NCBI GenBank assembly: GCA_964016885.1
Contig: OZ024741.1
Span: 340,566,001-340,630,000 of the forward strand
Direction of reading: 5' to 3'
Source: Eledone cirrhosa
Lineage: Eukaryota
Length of the DNA stretch: 64,000 nucleotides
The position numbers and the translations under genes were made by a program. Positions 1 to 10,385 of the stretch are shown here, piece by piece. The notes under the pieces are model-generated. The model did not search any database. It had not been told where the DNA came from and was given only the letters and a program-made list of their open reading frames with translations. Numbering within the stretch: the first letter of the stretch is position 1; each line of letters begins with the position of its first letter.

Positions 1-399
1 TGCGTGGTTGCACATGGGTTACATATGATAAAAATAGTCCTTCGTCAGTGATTTTCCAACCTTCATTGGTATTTCATCGCTTTAAAATATATATAATAAT
101 AATAATATTATTAAAAGTTATATATACACTATATACAACTATAAACAGGAAAGGTCAGTAACTCATTACTACCTTATTACCAGTAAGAAAAATAGCTCAA
201 TGTATATACATCAGATGTTTTACAGAGCAGGAATATAAATGAAATAAAATGATTTGAACATAGTTTTGATTATTGTGTAATATATATATATATATATATA
301 TATAAAACTAACATATAAAAGAAAAAGAGTCTTTACATTTCGAACATATATATACTGTATAACGTCTAAAGTCTGTCTTAAGCCAGAAGGTTCATTTGG

Positions 400-642
400 C
401 CGTTGCATATCCCGGTTTCATGGTGTGAAGCAACTGAGAGTACAAGACTCCCCACTGGACAGGACGCCAGTACATCACAGGGTTAAATCCCCAGCTATTG
501 CTGGTACTCATTTTCAGCTGAGTATACTGGAGCAACATGAAATGAAGTGTTTTGCTCAAGAACACAACACGCAACCCAGGAATCGAACCCACGATGTTAT
601 GATCGTAAGTCCAACACCCTTACCATTAGGCCATGTGCCTTC
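400..642 (-). mobile_element. tRNA-derived SINE
   Basis: The minus strand begins TGAAGGCACATGGCCTAATGGTAAGG (A-box-like) ... GGTTCGATTCC (B-box), followed by a CTTGAGCAAAACACTT...TGAGTACC core typical of metazoan SINEs. It abuts a (CA)n tract. Confidence 0.75.
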
Positions 643-655
643 ACACACACACGCA

Positions 656-720
<65 letters not shown>
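642..720. repeat. (CA)n microsatellite
   Basis: Read directly from the sequence. Confidence 0.97.
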
Positions 721-724
<4 letters not shown>

Positions 725-844
725 TATTTCCGTTGTTTTTGTCATTGGCTTTGTCCTGTGTCCCTCCTATCTTAAATTCATATTCTAAAAACTTAGTCAT
801 GCAGACATATTTAAACTATCATATAATAGTGATTTAACAAGTCA

Positions 845-1437
845 TGGAAGTCTTCAGGCTGAGTTAAGTGCAAGAATTGCAACCACTGGTGCAGTAATGC
901 ACCAGCTTCAGCATTCAGTAATCAGAAGAAGGGAGGTAGGCATGAAAGCCAAACTCGCTATCTTCAATTCAGTTTCCATACTAATCCTTGGAATCTTGGG
1001 TAATGATCGAAAGAATACGATCGTGAATACAAGCGGCCGAAATGGGATTCCTCCGAAGGGTCTTTGGAGTAGTATTACTCGATAAAGAGCGTAACTCAGA
1101 GATCCAAGAGTCACTCCAAGTAGAGGCGCTTCTTCCCCAAATTGAGAGATCACAGCTCCAATATGATGGGCATGTCTCAGGAAATAATCGCTGGACAGAT
1201 TCTACAGGCAAAACCAACTGACAGGAGACCTAGGAGTAGACCCTGAGGGAGATGGTTTGATAATATCTATGAGATTGGCTGGTCACGCTTGGGGATTCAG
1301 CTGGATCAATTGGATCAATTGGAGATGGTTGCTTTTGACAGGATCCATTAGAAGGAGTGTTTCAGGACTCTGCTCCCACAACCCTCACAGGAATAAGTGG
1401 GTGAAGAAGAAGAAGAAGAAGAAAGAGAAAAAGAAGA
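845..1437 (+). mobile_element. Decayed 3' fragment of an RTE-clade LINE with a (GAA)n tail
   Basis: Frameshifted peptides include MKAKLAIFNSV, ESWVMIERIRS*IQAAEMGFLRRV, RNSEI, IERSQL and KPTDRRPRSRP*GRW, which are motifs of the RTE ORF2 C-terminus. A short 3' UTR ends in GAAGAAGAA at 1403-1437. Confidence 0.8.
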
Positions 1438-1832
1438 TCTTATAATAGACATCACACTGCCTAGTCTGTCTTCCTCTACTCTCCCTTCTGACCTTTTCTA
1501 CACCTCAGTGTCATTCTTCTTTGTCTGTACAGTCCATAATCTCTTCCGTTTTACTATTTCTCTCCTTTCTATATTTTTTCTCTTTTTACTAAGCTCTGAC
1601 GAGTCCTTTTCTCCTTCTTCGTCAGTTGATGCACAGAATACTTATATTTTTTCAACTATATTTGTGTAATTTCCCTAAAGGTATAACTTGTCGCTCCCTA
1701 TTTTATTATGCCCCAATGTGCCCTGGAATGAATAGTATCGACCTAAATTCTCCGAAACCGTAATGATTTCTTGACTGAGATGGGACTGTCCATCATCCCG
1801 CTTTAGCATTTATTTTTCCATGCTTGCATGGG

Positions 1833-1833
<1 letters not shown>

Positions 1834-1908
<75 letters not shown>
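1834..1908. repeat. (TA)n microsatellite, left flank of PLE insertion 1
   Basis: Read directly from the sequence. Confidence 0.97.
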
Positions 1909-1912
<4 letters not shown>

Positions 1913-1957
1913 CAGGAAAGAAGGTTTACATGGTTTGCTATACAAAAAAGTTTTTAA

Positions 1958-2076
1958 TCACATAGCTTACATTTGTTTCACTGAACTGGTATGTCTAGAG
2001 ATCGCTATCCGCTTAATTTTGCGTTACTCGATCGCCAATACAGAATTATAACCAGTCAGATCTTCGGAGCATGCGA
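1958..2076 (-). ncRNA. Type I hammerhead ribozyme-like motif (CCGAAGA core), left arm copy
   Basis: Reverse complement of the fold at 2841-2959. Confidence 0.6.
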
Positions 2077-2561
2077 GAATGAAGAAAATACACAGGCAAG
2101 AAAAGAAAAGAAAATACAGGCTACTATATGGTAGGTTAACGAATTAATATACGCATATATCTACGCACACACACACACACACACATACACATACACACAC
2201 ACACAGATATATATATATATATAAATATATATACACATATATACACATGCATGTGTACATAGACACATACATACACATCAATATACACTCGTACAAAAAT
2301 ATACATACATGCAAAGAGAAAAGCGTGCTAATTGTAATTATGGCAAAAAGAAGGTAAAGTAACATTGTAGTAGTGAAATGAGAAAAACTAGGATCTAGGA
2401 TCAAATGATTGCAGCAGCTGAGAAGGAGTAAGATTGTTGATAGATGAGGTACTTACAGACAATTGTGTGGTATAGATTTGTGAAGGATATAGTATACTTA
2501 ATGAATATATTTCTGTGGGTAGTAGGTATCCTAATTTAAAGCTATGTTATGTTGGTTCGAT

Positions 2562-2720
2562 TCACGGAGGTTTGAATCTTATGAATTTAGTGGCTATTCT
2601 ATGTCTGCAGAAGATAGATCTTTCTAACTTATTATTAAGTAGCCTTTTAACATTTCTAAGGATATACAATAGCTCAAGATCACACAGCCCGCAATAGGAC
2701 ATCCCTGTACAGGGTCTCCT
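2562..2720 (-). pseudogene. PLE GIY-YIG endonuclease C-terminal remnant
   Basis: Manual translation gives KRPCTGMSYCGLCDLELLYILRNVKRLLNNKLERSIFCRHRIATKFIRFKPP*. This has the CxLC..E...LNxKxE....CRH pattern and is homologous to the end of the remnant at 5230-5740. Confidence 0.75.
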
Positions 2721-2840
2721 TAAATAATTTATTGATAGCATTGTTGTAATTGTTGTTATTGTTCTAATTGAATGCCATTACTACTCCATATAGTAGCCTG
2801 TATTTTCTTTTGTTTTCTTGCCTGTGTATTTTCTTCATTC

Positions 2841-2959
2841 TCGCATGCTCCGAAGATCTGACTGGTTATAATTCTGTATTGGCGATCGAGTAACGCAAAA
2901 TTAAGCGGATAGCGATCTCTAGACATACCAGTTCAGTGAAACAAATGTAAGCTATGTGA
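2841..2959 (+). ncRNA. Type I hammerhead ribozyme-like motif with U4C core variant and long stem II
   Basis: The fold reads TCGCATGCT-CCGAAGA(2850-2856)-[CTGACTGGT...ACCAGTTCAG stem II, about 80 nt]-GAA-AC-AAAT-GTA(2947-2949)-AGCTATGTGA. Stem I is GCT/AGC extended by TCGCAT/ATGTGA. Stem III is minimal, as in PLE hammerheads. Confidence 0.6.
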
Positions 2960-3177
2960 TTAAAAACTTTTTTGTATAGCAAACCATGTAAACCTTCTTT
3001 CGTGATTTATTATTACTCCAAGTGTTTACAACATAGGAATTACAGCATACCCGCAGCATCACTATGAAAACGCCTTGTTGAGTCAAACCAAGCCAAGCGT
3101 TAATATCATCCACTACCTGGAATACCATAACTGGACTTCACCTAAGTGGACTGCATTTAACTATTATTTGTTAATCC

Positions 3178-3178
<1 letters not shown>

Positions 3179-3225
<47 letters not shown>

Positions 3226-3337
3226 AATAATAATAATAATAAAATGTGGAAAAGGAGCACACGAGTTGGGATATATATATATATATATAGAAAAAGGCGA
3301 TTATTTTTCTTCCTAATAATCGCCTTTTTCTCCCTAT

Positions 3338-3417
<80 letters not shown>

Positions 3418-3490
3418 TTATATATATACTTATACATATATATACTTATATATATATACTTATATATATATATATACTAATATATATATA

Positions 3491-3547
<57 letters not shown>

Positions 3548-3564
3548 GTATAAGCATATATAAG

Positions 3565-3614
<50 letters not shown>

Positions 3615-3676
3615 CTTATATATGCTTATACATATACATATATATATATATACTTATGTATATATATATATATACT

Positions 3677-3716
<40 letters not shown>

Positions 3717-3866
3717 CTTATATATATATACATATATACATATATATATATATACTTATATATATATATACTTATATATATATACATATATATATATATA
3801 AATATTTTTATATATATATACTTATATATATATACTATATATACATGCATACACACGTATATAGAT

Positions 3867-3929
<63 letters not shown>

Positions 3930-3958
3930 TGCATATAGATGTATATAGATACACACAC

Positions 3959-4033
<75 letters not shown>

Positions 4034-4076
4034 TGCATATACATGTATATAGATACACACACACATATATATATAC

Positions 4077-4131
<55 letters not shown>
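3179..4131. repeat. Compound (TA)n / (TA)n-CT / (CA)n low-complexity block
   Basis: Read directly. It includes a small unique island at about 3240-3340. Confidence 0.95.
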
Positions 4132-4135
<4 letters not shown>

Positions 4136-4141
4136 AAGTTG

Positions 4142-4238
4142 ACCCCGACGGCAGAGCTCAAGCTGTTTCGACGGCTATTTCTGAACTAAATTAGATTTTT
4201 TTAGCCTGGTAAATAAATAGCCGAACTTGCCAAGGGGT
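4142..4238 (-). ncRNA. Hammerhead ribozyme-like motif, left arm copy (core damaged)
   Basis: The minus strand reads ACCCC-TTGGCAA-GTTCGGCTATTT...AAATAGCCGTC-GAA-ACAGC-TTGAGCTCT-GCCGT-C-GGGGT. Stem I is a perfect 5 bp. The core has A6G and stem III has one mismatch. Confidence 0.55.
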
Positions 4239-4697
4239 ACTTCCTTATATGGGAAGATTGTAGTTGTTGAGAGGATTGGGCAAAATTTGTTGTAAACACA
4301 AATAAGTCTATTATGACATTTGGTGGGAGGTAGGGGTGGCTGAACTTGACTGTAGAACAATGAGGGAGTGAGTGGAGCCGGTCAAGCGTTGAAAGTGAAA
4401 TCTCTACAGCAGATTCTAAGGATTGTGTATGAAAAGTCGAAAAATTGTTCTGGAGAAAATGGAGGAGGGAGGTTATAATAGGTAAGTCAGATGAGGGCAG
4501 AGGAAAATAAAAAATAATAGAAATAAAAAATTTAAAATATAAAAATATATATATATATATATAAAGAGAGAGAGAGAGAGAGATAAAATTAGATAGTGAG
4601 AAATGAATAAAAAAAATAAATAAATAAAACAGTAGAGTATAGAAACAGCTGCTCTAATTAGTAGGTGTTGCGTGTACGGCCAAAGCTATAGAAAAGC

Positions 4698-4998
4698 TTA
4701 ATAAGTTGAGAATGGAAAATACTAAATAAGAAATTGTAGAAGTGGGTAGTGAAAAAATATAATGCAAACTTTTGAGGGGTCTAACACAGCTGCTATAAAT
4801 AGTTAGTAAAGCGTATTCTGCCAATGCTATCTTACAATTACAGGTTAATAAGTTGAGAATAGAAAATACTAGATAAGAAATTTTGAAATTGTAGAATAGG
4901 AGTAGTAACAAAAATGATACAAAATTACAGGGGTCTAACACATCTGCTATAAATGGTTAGTAAAGCGTATTCGGCCAATTCTATCTTAAAATTACAGG
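4698..4998. repeat. Two diverged tandem copies of an about 150-bp unit within the PLE 3' UTR
   Basis: TTAATAAGTTGAGAAT...GGGGTCTAACACA...GTTAGTAAAGCGTATTC...TTACAGG starts at 4698 and again at 4845. Confidence 0.85.
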
Positions 4999-5229
4999 GG
5001 TGGGGGTACTGAGGTTACAGAGGCCCGATGGGCTGCATCGGGGTAGGCAAAAGGGGAAAAACAGACGAGGAAGAAAATCGGGGGTGGAAGGAAGTGATAG
5101 GATGAGACAGGTGGAAGAAGAAAACATAGAGGAAAAGAAAAGAGGTACATCTACCTATGTAAGCTGGGGTTTCCCCTAACTTATTCGGCAAGTGGGGGTA
5201 TCAGCCCTTGTCTACCCACCCGGGTCGTT

Positions 5230-5740
5230 ATGGGGTTTGAGGGCGAGGTAAGTCCTACGCAATCTGTGTTTGCATGCAGTTACCAGTTCGTCCTTCTTGT
5301 TTCGGAGTTTGTCCTTCGTAAACAGCATTTGTAAATGTTTCCTCCGAGCATAAGTTACACGGACGGCGTCCTCCCGTGTAAGAGTTAGCTCTGGACAGTA
5401 AGCTCCAAGTGAGATTGTAGGTTATATTATTATCTTTGAGGTCCTAGATGTGGCCCGAAAGTGTAGTGGCATGTCGCCGGACCGGGTTTCGGAAAGTATG
5501 TCGGTGTTGGTAGAGCCGGGTCTTAAAGTCACAAGCGGTTAATCCTATATAAGCTTTGTTGGAGGTGTCCGTCCTCATGTTGCACTGGTAGATCACGTTA
5601 CGTTTTCGGCATCTGTTGTTGAGGGGGCACGCAGATCTATCAGGGCAGTTACACTTCCTGGCCGGCTCTCCACTGATGTCTTGGTTGTTTCTTCCATAGG
5701 GGTTGAGTTTTTTGTTGTTTGAGGAAACGATGTTCCGAGT
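5230..5740 (-). pseudogene. PLE GIY-YIG endonuclease domain remnant (one stop, one frameshift)
   Basis: Manual translation gives NIVSSNNKKL...RKCNCPDRSACPLNNRCRKRNVIYQCNMRTDTSNKAYIGLTACDFKTRLYQHRHTFRNP...TTLSGHI*DLKDNNITYNLTWSLLSRANSYTGGRRPCNLCSEE/..KLRNKKDELVTACKHR. It contains VIY...YIG, a CxCx5C knuckle and CxLC. Confidence 0.9.
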
Positions 5741-6109
5741 AATTAGATAGTGAGAAATGAATAAAAAAAAATATAATTTATATATATTTTATATTTTATT
5801 TTTTAAAAATATTTCTTTCTATTATTTTTTTAATTTTTATTGTCTCCTAGTCTCAATTAACTTACCTATTCTATAACCTCTCTCCTCCATTTTCTCCAGA
5901 ACAATTTTCGACTTTTCATACACTATCCTTAGAATCTGCTGTAGAGATTTCACTTTCAACGCTTGACCGGCTCCACTCACTCCCTCATTGTTCTACAGTC
6001 AAGTTCAGCCACCCCTACCTCCCACCAAATGTCATGATAGACTTATTTGTGTTTACAACAAATTTTGACTAATCCTCTCGACAACTACAATCTTCCCATA
6101 TAAGGAAGT

Positions 6110-6205
6110 ACCGCTTGAAAAGTTCGGCTATTTATTTACGAGGTTAAAAATTCTAATTTAGTCCAGAAATAGCCGTCGAAACGGCTTGAGCTCTGCCGTC
6201 GGGGT
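6110..6205 (+). ncRNA. Type I hammerhead ribozyme-like motif with U3:A8 covariant core
   Basis: The fold reads ACCGC-TTGAAAA(6115-6121)-GTT CGGCTATTT...AAATAGCCG TC-GAA(6178-6180)-ACGGC-TTGAGCTCT-GCCGT-C(6200)-GGGGT. It has a 9-bp stem II, a perfect 5-bp stem III and a GUC cleavage triplet. Stem I pairs 4 of 5 positions. Confidence 0.65.
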
Positions 6206-6297
6206 CATACTTGTTCCTATTACCCACTCTACTACCCTAAGTATTGAGTACTTTGGTGCGTTATGGTCCATCTGGTTTCTTACCACAATTCCTTCGT

Positions 6298-6497
<200 letters not shown>

Positions 6498-6499
6498 TT

Positions 6500-6735
6500 T
6501 CTAGGGCGGGTAAAATTCCCGAGATCCATGGACGAGTTCTCTCCAGCGGTCTCTGTCCCGCATTATCGCTGCCATGTCCTGCGTTTCCAACAGACCAGTG
6601 TCTGTCCTTAGGGCATCAACATACGTTAACCTTGGTCTTCTTCTTCCAGTGTGTCCATGTAGGAGCTCCCACAGGAGCACTGAGTGCAATGTCAACTCTG
6701 GATGCCGGTGAGCATGTCCAGCTAACCTCAGTCTC
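6500..6735 (-). mobile_element. 3' fragment of an RTE/RTE-X-like LINE ORF2
   Basis: The peptide [43 protein letters not shown]...[11 protein letters not shown] matches the typical RTE-type ORF2 C-terminus. Confidence 0.75.
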
Positions 6736-6750
6736 CTATATCTATATATA

Positions 6751-6812
<62 letters not shown>

Positions 6813-6815
<3 letters not shown>

Positions 6816-7985
6816 TCATCATCATCATCATCATCATCATCGTTTAACGTCTATCTTCCACGCTAGCATGGGTTTAGACGGGAATTTTTCCTACTTGAGG
6901 CAAGATTAGTCGGGTGACCATGTCTCGCTCGTATAGGGCTGTCTAGCAGGTTTTCTACAGCTGGATGCCCTTCCTAACACCAACCACGTTTTCAGTGTGG
7001 AACTGGGAGGTTTTTACCGTGTTACCTACACGGCCACATTACAGCGTCAACTGTGTGATTTTTGTCGTGACAACTACACGACCTCATTTATTTTGGACTG
7101 GATGTTGTGGTACCAACATAACTTTACAGAGTAAGGGTGGTGTTGGTGGGAGTGGGGTGGGGTGGATTAGGGGTAGTGGGATGGGGTATATATTTGGTTA
7201 GGAGGTGCCTACTGACTGTAGGTTTCGATTTGTACATAGGCAAGGTGGGTCTTCTGTATTACTGCGTAGCGCCAAAGCTCTCAGTCCAGTGACATTGTCT
7301 TAGAGAGGTGTAAGTGTGTGAGGTCAGAATTTATCAAATCTTCCCAGGTTTTTCTGGGTCTACCTACTCCGTAACTTCCATCAATTTTGATCGCCCTGCA
7401 CTTGTTTATACAGCTGTCGTCTTTCATGCGCATCACGTGACCATACCAACGTAGTCTTCTTTCGAGTAAACAGCACCTGATCCCTCTTATTCCTAATTTC
7501 TTACTTAGTTCATTTATGCTTTGCCGTTCGGAGCATGGATGCTTCGTTACTCTCCAGTCTGCGCAGATCCTCTGCACACAAAGCACAAGTCTCACTGCCA
7601 TGTAACATTGCTGTTCGTATACAGGCATCATACAATCTGCCTTTCATTTTTAGAGAGAAACCTTTAGTGGTCAATAGTGGTATAAGCTCTCTGAACTTTT
7701 TCCATCCCGTTCTGACTCTGGCTACTGTACTTTCAGAGCACCCTCCACCACTGCTGATTTTGTCACCCAGTTAACGGAAGGTGTCCACTATTTCTATAGA
7801 ACTATCTGGGCAATAGAAGGAGCTAGTATCCTGTAGGCACTTGCTACTAATTGCACTTGAGCATCGGCCACTTATAAAATCTACGTTCTTAGATAGCTTA
7901 CCTGTGATCCCACTACATCTTTTATGTACCCATAGTTTGCATTTGGGATATAATATGGAACTTCTGCCTCTCCTTTCCTACACAT
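6813..7985 (-). mobile_element. Decayed RTE-clade LINE 3' portion with a (GAT)n tail
   Basis: Peptides include KCKLWVHKRCSGITGKL (Cys-rich insert), GWKKFRELIPLLTTKGFSLKMKGRLYDACIRTAMLHGSET and ERRLRWYGHVMRM...GRPRKTWEDLI. The 3' UTR ends ...GACGTTAAACGATGATGATG. Confidence 0.88.
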
Positions 7986-7987
7986 AA

Positions 7988-8027
<40 letters not shown>

Positions 8028-8149
8028 CATTTTCGGAGAAAGCTTTTAGCGATATTCCGGCCAAATTCCAACTCACTCAACAAACATTAGGAAATAAGTG
8101 AGTATATTCCTAATTAAACGTTCGGGGTGCTAACTAATTGTATTGTGTG

Positions 8150-8283
8150 GAAAATTGGCTGTCTCTGAGTTCAAATCCCGCCGAAGTTGACTTTGCCTTT
8201 CATCCTTACGGGGTCGATAAAATAAAGTACCAGTAATACACTGGGTAATTGCTGGCCTTGTGCCTAAAGTAGAAACAATTATT
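8150..8283 (+). mobile_element. SINE fragment (octopod-type)
   Basis: A B-box GAGTTCAAATCC is followed by GCCGAAGTTGACTTTGCCTTTCATCCTT..GGGGTCGATAAAATAAAGTACCAG, a body I recall from octopus SINEs. The family assignment was not checked by search. Confidence 0.65.
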
Positions 8284-8319
8284 TCATATGAGACATATCG
8301 AAATATATATATATAGAGA

Positions 8320-9190
8320 GAAAAATGGAACGGGAACAAAACAGAGAGGCAGTACGAACAAAGGTTTATTAGTTTCACGTTCTTGAGAGTTGGGGTGGTG
8401 GATGTTTCGGGCATAAGCCCTTCTTCAGACAAAAAGTGGGTGGGAAGAGAGTTCCGAGGGTGTGTAGAGGAGTAGAGGAGAGACATTTAGAAAGAAAGGG
8501 GGGGGGGAAACAGTGGAAGGGGTAGAAATAAAAATTTAAAAAATAAAAATAAAATAAACATGAAGATAAACAAGTGGTGGAAGGCCGTGGGGCGTGTAGG
8601 GGTGGTGGCGGGTGGAGTGGGGAGATGGAGGCGGGGTGTCCGAGCGGGGAGGGCTGAAGGTGGTGTATGTGTGTAGGTGTTACGTGTGTGTATGTGCATG
8701 TGAATGTGAGAGTTGGGGGAAGAACGAGGTTCCATGTTCAGGAAAAGGTGTGTGTGTGGGGTGGGGTGTAGGTCGGTGTGTGTGTGTGCGTGTGGATGGG
8801 GAGGGGTCAGAGGGGTGGGGAAGGGGGGAGAGAGGATTCTGGAGGCTGAGTGTGTATATATGTGGGGGTACGCACGTGTGTGTGGTGTTTATACGTTTTG
8901 TGGATGTAGGTGGCGTGGTTCGAAAAAAATGTCCGTGGGTAAGTTCCTCAGGTAGTTCCGTAGAGGGTGTGAAGGGGTGCCGGATATTTTCCATGTGGTG
9001 GAGTAGATAGTGGGAACGATGGCCAATGGTGTGTAATCCGTGGTTGTGGTAGTCGGAAGAGGGGAGATGTGGGGTGCGCGCGCAACAGGAAGTGGTCAGA
9101 GGGTCAAGGCAGGATGAGGGGAGAGGTTAATGACAGGTGGAAAGGACTGTGTGTCTGTGTGCTGAGAAGTGGTCAGAGGGTCAAGGCCTA
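8320..9190 (-). mobile_element. Probable decayed Penelope-like element 3' end
   Basis: The minus strand is C-rich, carries a minimal hammerhead signature at 8401-8430 and has a downstream AATAAA (8370-8365). Coding similarity upstream is weak. Confidence 0.45.
8401..8430 (-). ncRNA. Minimal hammerhead ribozyme core signature
   Basis: The minus strand reads GT-CTGAAGA-A-GGGC-TTAT-GCCC-GAAAC-ATC. It has a canonical CUGANGA, a 4-bp stem II and GAAAC. Stems I and III are degenerate. Confidence 0.55.
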
Positions 9191-9499
9191 GCAGCAGTAG
9201 AGTGTATATATATATGTATATATATATACGTATATATATGTATATATATATATGTATATATGTATATAAGTATATATATATTATTATATATATATACATA
9301 TAATCTAATAAGCGAACTGGATGTTTATGTTGGGATCGTCTACTTTCCTGAAACCTTTGGTAATGGAATCATTATATTATGTTGTTTATTATGTAATCAA
9401 ATAACTCTGTTCTATACATAGCGCACTCTCCTTTCTTTTACTTTTTCTATGGAAATACATAACACATAAAACATATATATATATATGTATATATATATA

Positions 9500-9659
9500 T
9501 GTATATTATTATATTTGTGGATGGTCAAATTGCCAATTTTACCAATAAAAACATGCATTATTTGACTTTCATTTCAGCTTTTTGAAATGAAAGTCAAACA
9601 GTGCATGCTCTTATTGGTAAAATTGGCAATTTGACCATCCACAAATATAACAATATACA
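9500..9659. repeat. Palindromic MITE-like hairpin of about 160 bp in a TA tract
   Basis: The sequence reads TATATTTGTGGATGGTCAAATTGCCAATTTTACCAATAA...GACTTTCATTTCA-gcttt-TTGAAATGAAAGTC...TTATTGGTAAAATTGGCAATTTGACCATCCACAAATATA. Confidence 0.85.
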
Positions 9660-9685
9660 TATATATATATACATATATATATATG

Positions 9686-9716
<31 letters not shown>

Positions 9717-9736
9717 GACCATCCTCAAATATAACA

Positions 9737-9776
<40 letters not shown>

Positions 9777-9894
9777 CCATCCTCAAACCTAACAATATCT
9801 GTTTCAACACACGATTTCATATCAAGAATCTTGCAAGGCAAATACATAAATGCACACATATATATATGCACACACACATATATATTTATATATA

Positions 9895-9955
<61 letters not shown>

Positions 9956-9959
<4 letters not shown>

Positions 9960-10003
9960 GCTAGCGTCGAAGATAGACGTTAAACAATGATGATGATGAT
10001 GAG
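9956..10003 (+). mobile_element. Extreme 3' end of the RTE family seen at 6813-6870
   Basis: CATGCTAGCGTCGAAGATAGACGTTAAACAATGATGATG is nearly the reverse complement of 6830-6870. Confidence 0.75.
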
Positions 10004-10217
10004 GATATATATAATCACGAAGTACAAGTCAACGGGTTATAATTCACCTTTTTAATTGATAAATGCTATACATAATGATTATAATTATACTCTGGAGTAA
10101 ACAGACCCACTTGGGTACTTTGTCGACTGCTCTACTCTGCATACAAAAGTGTTGGTGATAAAATAAAACATACTCTAATTAATATTATATACATATATGT
10201 ATATATATATATATATA

Positions 10218-10294
<77 letters not shown>

Positions 10295-10299
10295 ATATA

Positions 10300-10342
<43 letters not shown>

Positions 10343-10385
10343 ATATATATATATATATATATACATATATATATACATATATATA

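Larger units (their letters stand above)
1906..3179 (-). mobile_element. Penelope-like element insertion 1: truncated copy plus inverted 3'/pLTR copy
   Basis: Near-identical inverted arms of about 225 bp (about 1906-2130 vs about 2786-3010) enclose a minus-strand GIY-YIG C-terminal remnant. The right arm continues about 170 bp further. Both sides are (TA)n. Confidence 0.75.

Noticed and set aside
570-640. tRNA gene
   Set aside because: A and B boxes are present but continue into a SINE body, and I could not form a complete cloverleaf.
3219-4189. YI/IY-rich ORFs (also near 6.2-6.8, 9.1-10.5 and 12.6-13.1 kb)
   Set aside because: They are translations of (TA)n and (CA)n microsatellites.
5230-5740. 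Selenocysteine read-through in the PLE endonuclease
   Set aside because: The in-frame stop is TAG at a probable Trp position, not TGA at a Cys position, and a frameshift follows. This is ordinary decay.
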